Origin: Azolla caroliniana
Lineage: Eukaryota > Plantae > Polypodiophyta
DNA length: 64,000 nt
Reading direction: 5' to 3'
Assembly (NCBI GenBank): GCA_043228905.1
Contig: JBHGNT010000001.1
Location: 34,534,001-34,598,000 of the forward strand
Position 1 is the first letter of the stretch. Every line of letters begins with the position of its first letter. The position numbers and the translations under genes are program-made. Positions 18,223 through 29,821 of this stretch are shown here, piece by piece. A model generated the notes under the pieces. It saw only the letters and a program-made list of their open reading frames with translations, searched no databases and was not told the origin of the DNA.

Positions 18223-21200
18223 TAGCCATGTTCTTCACTCCTCATCAAGTGAATCTCTCAAGCATCCATGGTCATTTATTCTAAGGCTTTTATCATCTTT
18301 TTTACAAAATCTACCCATGCCAACATAATACATCATAATATCAAAGTGTATCTCCTTGATTTGCTTTATATAATAATAAATTAGTGCAACAATACATGGG
18401 GTAAGGCATATGTATTGACACGTACAAATATCACAAAGGCACCACAAGTCATACATTATATCAATGTTTTTGCAATTTTTGAAGTTCAATGTAGAATCTA
18501 TACACAAGGTAAAATGTTTGTCGGCTTTAATAGGAACCAATATGAAGGGAGTGATTCATATTTTTAGTTTTTCGAAGCCTCGTGTTAGTGAAATAGTTTA
18601 AGTAATGATTGCATTGGATTGCTTAGAGATTTGTTAAGAATGGTCATATTTTCTTTCATATTATTTTTACAATGTCTCATGAAGATTTAAGGTAATGATG
18701 AGAATAAATAATGGCACTCTAATTATGATGCACATGTGTTACCATATGATGCAAAATCCCATAGGGCCATATATATAACATTTTTCATTTCCAATATCAA
18801 CCTCATAATTTCCCACCAAGCTTCCACTCCCCTAGTGGGTTGATGATGTGTGAAGTCGGAAGCAACAACACAAACTTAAGTTGTTTACAAATGAGACAAA
18901 TATAATTCATAAATAAAGTCACCCACAATGCCTCTATTATCTTACTCTCAAGACGAGCCCATGCTCTTGTCATCCTAGAAGCCCCCGCCACAAATGAAAC
19001 AATGTCACTTAACATTTGTGAACAAAGCATGTACAGGTTCCATCATATGGTGTCACCAACGTTTTGAAAGGTAAAATAGTCCATCTTGAAACTAGTTAGG
19101 CATTGCCTCAAAATATGATGTTGCAACTTATGTTCCTTCTTCTCTAAATGTGTGTGTATGTGCACACATGCGTGTGTGTTTGGCCCTCCCCTACCTCAAG
19201 TGGGTCTCATCTTCCACCAATATCCTTCACGTATCTTACCAAAGTTCATACTTCCAATAAACTATATACATTTCTATAATACAACAATTGTGAGAATAAA
19301 ACAATGGCAAAACTTTCCCCCCGACACTAATTATCATGATAACTTCCACTTGCAATTTGTTCCATTATCAATGATTCCTTGTTGTTAAATATTTGCTTAA
19401 ATTTTTTCCGTTTCCATTGATTCCTTGCATCAACTATTTCTCTAATGGTAACTAGATGCAATATATATAGATAGCTAGATATGTATAGGAAATAAAGCTT
19501 AGGTGTTTGTAATTTTGAGTAATTTAATGTACGACAATAATATTTGTCCTTGAGTTTAAGACAAGATGTCGTCTATTCAATTATCGTTACCATTATTGAG
19601 ATATTGATTCCCTCATGGAATAAGAAATTGTCACATGAGTCTTATATTCTACATTAAGTGTTCCTTCTACTTAGTTGTGATTGACACTATTCGTGTGCTA
19701 GTATTTGTTTCTATACAGTATCTTGTAAGCATGTAAGCTAACACTCCCTACTATATACCAAAAGCTAAATGTGTTTGACGAATTCTATGCTTATTATTTT
19801 CAAATATCTATATAAAGAAACATGTGTGCCTATTGTGGTCACTTTAACACTATGTGGACCTTCCTAGATAGATGTAGCAATATACTTTATGTGTTTGTAA
19901 AGTGATGACTTTAAACAAAGAAAAGGACCTTTGGTGTATACAATATTGTATTTAGAAATACTAGTAAAGATAATACTTTAACATTCTACAAGGCCTTTCA
20001 TAGAGTGTGAACTAGCTCTAGGTCTCATCATATTCCTCTGTAAATTTGAGGCAGAAAACACCACCATACTACTCACACTAACATTCTTACAAATATTGAA
20101 ACACCCTAAGATTTTTCAGATTACCAAAATATTTGGCATACTTTTTCATTAAATAAAATTAACACTAATAATTGAATTCTCATATGCATTAGTTATGTCT
20201 TCCATTCTCTAATTAAAAATAGAATTCCTAGACCTTAATTGCAGCCCATTGTGCAAATGATCTAATACTTGAATATAAAAGCAAAAATTTACTTGACTAA
20301 AAACATTTGTTTATATGTATTAGAAAATTCAACAAGTATTTTTGTTTGTTTCTAAACGTAACTACCTTGCATTAATTTGGTCATCAATAACATAGATGGG
20401 AGGCTAAGTTAATCAAGATTATCATGAATATTGAGCTAATATGTTATCCTTAAAGTGTATACCATGCATTCTCTTGTTTGGTCCTCTAATCTTTGCCTTT
20501 TCAATATATATTTATACACATGTTGTACGCACTCATGTCCAAATCTCACTATATACATAGTCACTTCTGAATTTAAGTTACAATTATTTGGGCATGCTAA
20601 TACTTGTGTTTTGTCTATCCACGTCTCTTCTTCTTTTTGTTATTAGCTTACCCTAGTGGTAAGTCAGACCTTGGGTCAAGACTCAACTTTCACACCTCTC
20701 TATTACCTTGGTGTCACCACTACACGACTAGAGCAATATGTTGACTCGCCAATAGGCAAGACAAAGATTCCACCAAGGAAAGGATTTCAACTTGCTCTCT
20801 CTCTCTTTCTCATAGATTTATTCTACAACATGTTTCAATGCAAATCAATATAAACAATGCACTCTATCCGTACATTCTTTTGAGTTTTTCCTTCACTACT
20901 TGCCTCAAATTCTTTGATGTTATCTCAATATCATGCCTACAACTTTGATATATTTCATACTTTCAACTAAATATATGTAAAGATTTTAAAATATTTGTAT
21001 TTTACAATTTCGGCTCTCAACATATGCATATTGAAGTACTCTAGGTAATTTATCAAAGGCGATAATTCTAGGTAAATTTAGTCAACAATTGACCAAGAAT
21101 TATTCACTATTTGCTTTGAAACAATGTCACCGTTATTCATATGGTGTTGGTATGTTTTACATTTTGTTTGACTATGAAATTTTTGATGGTTTCTAAATCA

Positions 21201-21899
21201 AAGGTACTTGACGGGCTGAAAGAATTGACATGTGGAAATCCTTCATCACTTTGATTGTACGTTAAGATATACACTAGTTGTTGATATAATACAATGATAG
21301 ATGCCCTTAGTTGTGTTGTATACCTAAAATTCACATTATGTCATTTACTCACATAGAGAAGTTTGGGTTATTTTAATGATGCAAAGTGATTCTACATATG
21401 AGACAATGGAGTAAATTGTACAAAAAGATAGGATCCCACTTGTGCAAAAAGTCAAAAAAATAATATGCCAATCCTTCCTTACAGTTGATGAGCTAAGACA
21501 ATGGAGGATGTTTGATGTTGAAAACAGTCTTTTAGCTCAATAAGGAAGAAGTTTTGTCACCCAGACTTCGACATTAGGTGACACAATATACCCAGAAAGA
21601 TACTTGATTATTTAAGTACATAACTTTGCTTTAAGTCTTAAGCATTCTCTTTGACTATTAGTTCACATACATAAATCTATTACACTTCGTTAAGCTATCA
21701 AGATGGGTTTGGCATGGATCGTTAGAAAACTTGTAGCCAAATCACCTACGTAGCCAAATTCAGTGTTGGCAAGACCTTTTTAGGAAAAATAGTTCCAACA
21801 ATCATTGGTAAGGTTCATTTACCAATAAACTCATGGCTAGCAAGAGGAAATGGTAATCCTCAAACCTTTATCGTGGGAAATCTAAATTTAGTTTGAAAA

Positions 21900-22310
21900 C
21901 AACAAAAGAAAGCAAGGCAAGAAGGCATATATTTTTGTTGTTTCAACAAGCACCAACTTAGGGATTGTGGAAAGAGAAAAAGAACGTTTTTGTTAATGCC
22001 ATATTACCTCCCATAAGGGGACGAGTGAGAAAGTGAGGAATCTATGGGAAACTCAAATTCTAACTTTGGGTTGGTGAATTTGACCATTGTGATGGTTCAA
22101 GATTCGTCTTCCATATTGACATTTGTCACTAGAGGCTCATAAGGGATAGTAGTTTCCCAAGAATGAGTTGGTTGAGTTTTATTCAACACAACATCAACCC
22201 ATAGCCTCAGTGAGAGGATTAGACCATCCATTGCATGAAAAGTTTGTTTTCAATATCGTGAAGCTCCTTTGCTTTGATGTCATTCTCAAGAAAATGTGGC
22301 ATGCATGTAA
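21900..22310 (+). mobile_element. Highly decayed Ty3/Gypsy-like gag knuckle and protease relic
   Basis: ARQEGIYFCCFNKHQLRDCGK (CCHC-like), VLFNTTSTHS (cf. LFDTGxTHS) and FDVILKKMW (cf. FDVILGxxW) in the correct order; boundaries not defined. Confidence 0.45.
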
Positions 22311-23529
22311 GAAGTTGGTAGCTGGTTTCAAAACACATTTGTATTGATTCAATCATGGAAGCAAGCACGTATTGGTTCGTGACAGAATCGATATCCTACA
22401 CATTGTGCTCATTAGTGTAACTAAGGTCTTGCAAATAGAATGCAATCCAATTTATGTATTTTTAATTGGTCAGGTAGTCAAAGTGAAAGATAAAACATCA
22501 AGTCATGATGTTGATTAAGTTTACAACACATGCATGCTAGTTTGATCATGGAGGCAAGCATGTATTAGATTATGCTCATCAATGAGACTAAGGTTGTGAA
22601 GGCTGAAAGTAATCCAACTCATCTATGTTTCATCGGTTAGGTAGTGGAAGTGAAAACTAAGATAGGGTTTAGCATTGGTTAGGTAGGGTTTACCATGCTA
22701 CCTTAGGCATGTCTTTCACATATTCGTTTGTGATTTATGATTGTGGCTTATGATTTGTAGCAAACATTTGATCAATTGAAAAACATTGTGCCATTTACAA
22801 CTTTGTTGACAATGGTTAACATGTAGTTACTATACAACCTACAGATTGATGTTAGTGATGCCGCATGCGAACTTCTTAGTCTATATGATAGAACAATAGC
22901 TTTTGAGAGCAAGGAGCTCTCTACGTTGTGGAGAGAGCTCTTTACTACCATCATATTTTTAATCTCATCTTTTCGCTCCTCAAAATCCATTTGTAGATAG
23001 AGGCTTGATCCCTATCCACACAAGTGTGACAGGTGTTTTGCAACAACATGAAAAGCTAATCAATCAAACTAGTTGATGATGAACGTTGCATGCATAATAA
23101 CTACAAAGGAAGTGGCCTTGGGCTTGGTGGGCATCTTGTATCATATTGTTTGGTGCAACAATTTGAATTTTGATGCCACCCATTGTGTATTATTTGTTTG
23201 TTATTCACTCACTTTTTTGTTGATTGCTTTGTACATCTGCGTCACTATCTAATCATTTTTGTAGTTTCTACATTCAATAGAAATCTCCATCTAGCCCTTG
23301 CAAGTGCCATTATAGCACCATTGGGTGTGAACGCTCATCAACTGTTATTATACCTCTAGAAAGTGTGTTGTAACTTCAACAAAAACCATGTTGGCAACTG
23401 CTTTCAATGTTCTTCCAATTATACCAATTTATTGTGATTTTATCTTAATGAACCTAGCCAATTTTCACAAAGGCGTTTTCTTGTGAAATCAAAATCTATT
23501 TTAAGAAAACCCTTTGAGCAATAGGAAAA

Positions 23530-24124
23530 GGATAAGAAGTGAAATCTGAAAACGGGATTTGGAACATGATCTTGTAATCACTAAAATGTTAAATTATATG
23601 GATGCAAATCCCATTTCTTCTTATGAGATGGATGGAGTCATTGAAATAGGTGGAGGGGGATGCTCTTATGTATGCATTCGGAAGAAGTCTGTTTCTTTTT
23701 ATGTGATGGATGGTGTCATGAAGCATTGTTGATGTGCAGGCAACATGTGGAAGGTTATTAGATGCATATAAACTGTTTGAAGGGATGAGACCCCTTAAAG
23801 TGGGTGTTGATCACATGGTTGTACATGACGGCATGTTCGTACATGCTTGAATCATGGATCGAGGCATACAAAATTACCTTTACACCATAATGCTTTGATT
23901 GAGTTTTATGTTGAATATGGAAAATAGAGGATGCTTGGTCATTGTAAATGTGGGTGTATATTGGATGCATGTGATGACCCAAAGGTGGTATCGGGAGATG
24001 TTGAATATGAACATGATGAGGAAGATTGATTTGGTTTGAACATATGCAAATTCATGGTATGTTTCAACTATTGAGGAAGTGTTCAATCAAGTCTATCAAA
24101 AGAAGGATTCATGGCTAGCTATTG
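23530..24124 (+). pseudogene. Decayed PPR pseudogene fragment
   Basis: Fragments such as TCGRLLDAYKLFEGMRP, LNMENRGCLVIVNVG and TYANSWYVSTIEEVFNQVYQKKDSWLAIV resemble PLS-PPR repeats; multiple stops. Confidence 0.55.
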
Positions 24125-24241
24125 TCTTACACAAGACGGGTTGGGGAAGGATAATCATCTCCTTTCCATCATTTTGTATTTTGTAGCTAATATGGTTTTT
24201 TTAAACTAATGGAAGGATATGTTTAAAAATAATAATAAAAA
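24125..24241 (+). mobile_element. ~120-bp SINE-like or LINE-tail element, copy 1
   Basis: TCTTACACAAGACGGG...AACTAATGGAAGGATATGTT plus A-rich tail; homologous over its length to 51909-52029; no clear TSD. Confidence 0.7.
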
Positions 24242-27070
24242 TATTAGCACAACGTAAATCATTTCTCCTTGTAGCTAGTATAGTTGTGAATCATGTATTT
24301 TATTTAAGTTGAGAAATTAAGGCAATATGTCAAGATAAGGAAGACAATACAAGGCTCTATAAATTTGTCAATCATACTTCATATGCAAAAGTAACAATCA
24401 AATCAATTTTTCAGCAACAATGTATGAAGTGGATCTTGAGGGAGATCAAAGAGTCATTTCTTAACAAATCATCTACACATGTTACTCTTCGAACAGAGTG
24501 GGCTCGATAACACTATCATTTACGGTACTTCAATACGACATACAAAGCACACTAATACTTTAATATGAATACGTTTACAATTGCTAAATAACATATTTAT
24601 CATATGGTAAGTTAATAAAAAATACTTTGAATGCATCTTATAACTTTTGAAAATTATTACAATGTAAGTTTTCTTTTATTATAGAAATTTCTCCCAAATG
24701 TAGCTAGGAAATGTCTATGCATATCATACACAAATATGATACTTATCAATCCACTCTAAAGGATGAAATTTCATATTTCAAATAAAACTCTTAAGATATA
24801 TCATAATCCTTGTATGACTTTTAACGTTCTATTAGTTCTTGACATGATGGTTACCTTGTTTTCCTATACAATGTCCTTTCAATCTCACATTTCTCTCTCA
24901 ATAATTTGAACCTCGAAAATCAAGTTTTCCCCGTACACCCTTTCTCCTATATCCAACGTCATGCATTAGGTAACTTTTGAGCCACATTTATGTATTAATA
25001 TGGGACCTACATGTCATACCTTATGTCCAGTCTAGCTCAATGGAATTGATGAGCTTTGCACTATTGTCAAGGGTGAAGACTACATACATGAGCAACATCT
25101 ATAAAAGAAAAAGAATCATTCATCAACGTTTATACATATCAATATGTTGACGCAATAGATAGTCACCATAATGAAAATCTCACAAGTTATTTATATTAAA
25201 AAGTTGTGGTAAGTGACATGTTATTGGTATCGATGTAACTCTTTGTCGGTCAAAAAGATGCCTCCTTTTAGTTTACAAAAAAGGTTAGGTCTCGCTATAA
25301 AGATCCCAACAAATTATGTGTTAAGTTACTAACAGAACCACAAGTTTTATAAGATGGAGAAATTGTTGAAGATGAGACACACTTATATCAATCTTGAAAC
25401 AAGTTGTAGCAGAAAATGTAGTCACATTAATAATGTTAGCTCCTTGAATGTAATATCACATTTAGGATATATTCATTACATGTATGACACCTTATCATAA
25501 ACATTGTGCATTGTCATGTATTAGTTGTCAAGTTATGTGGTGACAATTTTGTTGGTAGGACGTTATTCATGGGATTGAGAAGTTGTGTAACCTTGAACAT
25601 GCAATCCAACATGCACATGCACACGTGCACATAAATAGATTGGGCTTCCCACTTTGCCGAAAGATGTGTCTTTTTTGGCTCCCTCTTTAGGATACGTGGC
25701 GAGAACGATGTGGAGGGAGGTTCTCTTAATCATTTTGACTATAATTCATGGAATATTGTCGATCTTATCACAAACATTGTACAGTGTGTCACACTTGTCG
25801 TCTTATGTGATTTTAACTTTAGGGAAGTGCCATATGTGATGGTGAATGGAAGGCTTATATGTGATAACATATGAACGTAGAGAGGAGTTCATTTGAAGGA
25901 AAAGTATATGGTTGTCATATTATGTGACGATAAACTTTAAGAGCAATAACTTGGACAATACAAATCATGCAATAGAAGCCTTTATTGACATGCATACATT
26001 TTGAGACTTGTAGGTTGTAGTTTTAGGTTGAGAATCATCTCAATGGAGACTAGAAGACCTCTATTGCACCACACATGGGACGCATACAAGAAGCCACGTA
26101 GCTCGTAATCTTATGGACATAATCAAAAGCATATGGTTGTCATCTTATGTCACATAAACTTTCTTTCTGAAGAAAGTTAACTATAAGTCGTGCAATAGAA
26201 GACATCAAAATGTATAGGTTGTAATTGTAGGTAAAGTGTCATCTCCATGGAGAATATGGATACGAATGAATACAAGTGGGTTGCATTATTGAAAAACAAA
26301 AAACACATAATGCATGGATGTGTTCACATGGATAGATGGAGACACACAGGTTAATGTTTGGAGGGAATCAACCTTCTGTGCATGAGAATCACTCTCTCAT
26401 TTAGAGATGGAAGAAAAATCCCTTTTCACCACCCTTGGTACCATAAGGGGATATATGAATATCAATTTTGATTGGCCATCTTCCACAACATCATCTTACT
26501 CCCATATACCTTTGTATCATATAGGCTATATTATAAAACGTTTTTGCTCTCTACTCAATTACCCTTTCTTGAGCACCCTTACATGTGAATACATGTGATG
26601 AAGAGAGGGTTGACTTTTTTCCACTCCTATTGAATGGTACTTGGATGGTAGGTAAAATTGCAATCGTTAATATATATGTCTCTTAGGCGTACATATAGTT
26701 CCTTAATATACAAGGGCATGAGGGGGAATATATATAATATAACCTACCTCCATGTATGTCTCATATGGTGTGGTTAAGTGTTATCCGATGACATTTCATG
26801 CCCACTGTTGCATTGTATCTTGTACATCCATTAACTTTACCCAACTTCATGTTTTGAATACAAATTTCATCTTCAACTACATAGCTAGGAAACCTCATAA
26901 TGCAAGAGCTATTGATGTGGCACCCCTTATGTCTCCATATGTAGACTTGGCACATCAGAGAGATGTGGCATTGATATTCTAAAACTACCACACAATAAGC
27001 TCTAAGTGTAGAACTCACATTGGAGTGTACAGAGGATGTGGCCATGAATTTTCCATCTCACCATATAAAA

Positions 27071-27422
27071 GGGAAAAGTACTAGGATACCCCTGGAAGTT
27101 CATCTATTTACCAGAATGCCCCGGGAAGTTCCAAATTTACCAAACTACCCCTATGTCCAAAAAAGTACACTTTATAAAGTAATTATACACTCAAATCTAC
27201 AAGCCCTATTTACCAAAGATGGAAGAAATGGACCCAAACTAGCCCTATTTACCAAAGATGGAAGAAATAGACCCAAACTAGCCCTATTTACCAAATATTT
27301 GAGTGTATAATTACTTTATAAAGTGTACTTTTTTGGACATAGGGGTAGTTTGGTAAATTTGGAACTTCCAGGGGCATTCTGGTAAATAGACGAACATCCA
27401 GGGGTATCCTGGTACTTTTCCC
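27071..27422. mobile_element. Foldback / Mutator-like MITE with ~126-bp TIRs
   Basis: GGGAAAAGTAC...TCAAAT (27071-27196) is the reverse complement of 27297-27422 with 4 mismatches; the centre is a 39-bp tandem repeat x2.4 (27202-27295). No TSD seen. Confidence 0.85.
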
Positions 27423-29362
27423 TTTTTCCTATTGCGTGGAGCCCAACCCAAATTAGGGTACCCATACATAACTGCGCATGGAACTTGATCACAAACTTTC
27501 TCATTACCTACATAGGCGCACACTAATCTCTTAACCTTGACATCATCATAGTTACAAGTTGTTGCCCATTAGACATTACATAATCACGTTCCACCTCATG
27601 CATAACAATATCATGTTCCCAATTGTTTGATCTTCGATAGGGTAGACATTATGCCCACATGTGGGTATCATTCCTTAGGTCGCACACACATGACACATTT
27701 TTCATCATAACCATGAACAAACATATTATCTGTCCCATCATTGTAGAAATGTGGCCATTAATGCAATGAGGGGGATCTTCTCGCATGTAGAACCATACAT
27801 TTACCCATATATTCATTTAGTGCATGTTTTGTCACATTATACACTGATATATGTAACCCTCCACTCTCATCATAGTAGATGTTTTCTCTTTGTGTACAAA
27901 CCATGGGGTTAATCCAATGCCTCTCTTATATGCTTTTCTCTCGCCCAATGTTATTTGTATAATGTCTTCACAAGGTCCTATAATTCATTGATGAGCATGT
28001 ATGTTACAAACACATGGATACAAAAATCACCACAATAAGCATTGTCATGTATAATCTTTGCATATTACAAGTGTTATCAACAATGAACCAGGGTGTTTGC
28101 GAAAAGGACGATGAGCTTCCCACGTCACCCGGGTATTGGCCTAAATCCTAAACCCTTTAACTCCATAGTCAATTTTGAGTTCTCCTATGTAAACACCAAC
28201 TTCATATTAGCGATTCATTCATGATATCAACATATGCATCAAGCGCATCAAATGATCCATGAGAGAGGAAGACATACCAACGATGAAACAATGTTCACTC
28301 GAAAGTTTCGCTATTATCAAAGTGTTGAACTGGCCAAGTTGAAATATCCCTATATATAAAGAGAACAAAGTCCAACAAAAATATACATAATTTACTATAA
28401 ATTCCTCACAAATTTGAGGGTTGTTCATACCTTCTCACCATTTTAATGCATGAAAACTTACCAATAAATGAACGCTAGTCAACATATATAGTACACTCAT
28501 TGTAAAGGTAGAATTGAGTGTTTTTTGGGAAAAAATGAGCCCTGCTCCACTAAAACCGTATAAAAAATGTTAAAGGAACATACTTAAACATAATCTAATT
28601 ATTTATGTAGAAATTATACCAAATTGCTTCATTTTGTTGTAACTTGTTAGATACTAATGGAAAGAGAAAATGGAATATTGCATAGGCAAAATGTTTGTCA
28701 CAACAATTGTTGACTCTAGGGGTGGAATACTAAGTTGATTAATATATCAGAATGCTAGAGAAACATGTCATATGGTAAGAACATTGCGAACGTTGGATGC
28801 TAGGAGACAATGTGAAGAAAGCTTCCTCGAATAATCCGAGTAAAGAGGCACAAATGATGGCAAAAACGAACGAATGTATGCTCATATTACTCGGGTGATT
28901 AGTAAAGATGCCATAACGCATATTACATCAGATGCTTGGGTCGAATAATATAGAAAAAAAAAAAGTCTTACGCACGACTACTCACGAGACAACACGTTCT
29001 ACACAGGGCAACAAATGATATGATGTTAGCACTAGTGGCAAATTGGGGTTTAGTCTCTTGACCAGACAAAGGAGAGCAATGTGAGATTGCAAGCAATATA
29101 GGATGAGTGCAGAGGGGAGGGAGGGAGGGGGGCAAGACAACTCCTTCTCGATCGATTAGCGAAGAGGAGTTTTTTCATCGATGGCTTTTCTTGTGGAGGG
29201 GGAGAGGCATGGGTCGAGAATGAAAGGAGGAAGGTGGCACGACATGGATCGAGGAGAGAGAAAGAAGAAGAAGAGAGGCTTTGACGGTGGTAGCACGACC
29301 GGGGCCCGCGCCTCTCTCACTCTCTCTCTCTCTCTCTCTCTCCCCCCTAATACATTATGAAT

Positions 29363-29379
29363 CCGACAAATGTTGTCTC
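29363..29379. promoter_or_regulatory. Paired auxin-response elements upstream of Aux/IAA
   Basis: CCGACA (TGTCGG on minus)-5 nt-TGTCTC, ~450 bp upstream of the ATG; GAGACA also at 28986. Confidence 0.55.
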
Positions 29380-29650
29380 CTGATGCCCCAACCAACGACC
29401 GCTGGGCCGGCCCCACCTTGGACACCCCCAAGAAAGACCACTAGACCCCACACCCATCCCCATCCCCATCCCCATCCCCATGGGCAGGGGCAGTGGGCAA
29501 GGGCAGTGGCAGACCGGTCCAATGGCCGGCCCCCACCCCCTTTCCTCCCCTTTCCCTTTGGCTTGCGCGTTCACACCTTTAGCCTTCACCCCCCCCTCCC
29601 TCCCTTTTCTTCCTTCACCAACGCCATAGCCAGACCTTCGCTTAAACATA

Positions 29651-29717
29651 TTCTTCTTCTTCTTCCTCCTCCTCCTCCTCCTCCTCCACTTCTTCTTCTT
29701 CTTCTTCTTCTTCTTCT
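29651..29717. repeat. (CTT)n/(CCT)n microsatellite in Aux/IAA 5' region
   Basis: Direct; (CCCCAT)n also at ~29452-29481 and (CT)n at ~29312-29342. Confidence 0.85.
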
Positions 29718-29821
29718 CTGATCCTTGCACACACCCTGCGATTCAGTCCCCAAGTCTCCTCCTCACCTCTTCCATAGCCACTCTCACCTCGTTTCTCCTT
29801 TCCAAGAGTCGCTTCGCCATC

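Noticed and set aside
22340-26255. Old degenerate direct duplications (22345-22660; 25900-26255)
   Set aside because: Real but heavily decayed, with no LTR termini or functional signal.
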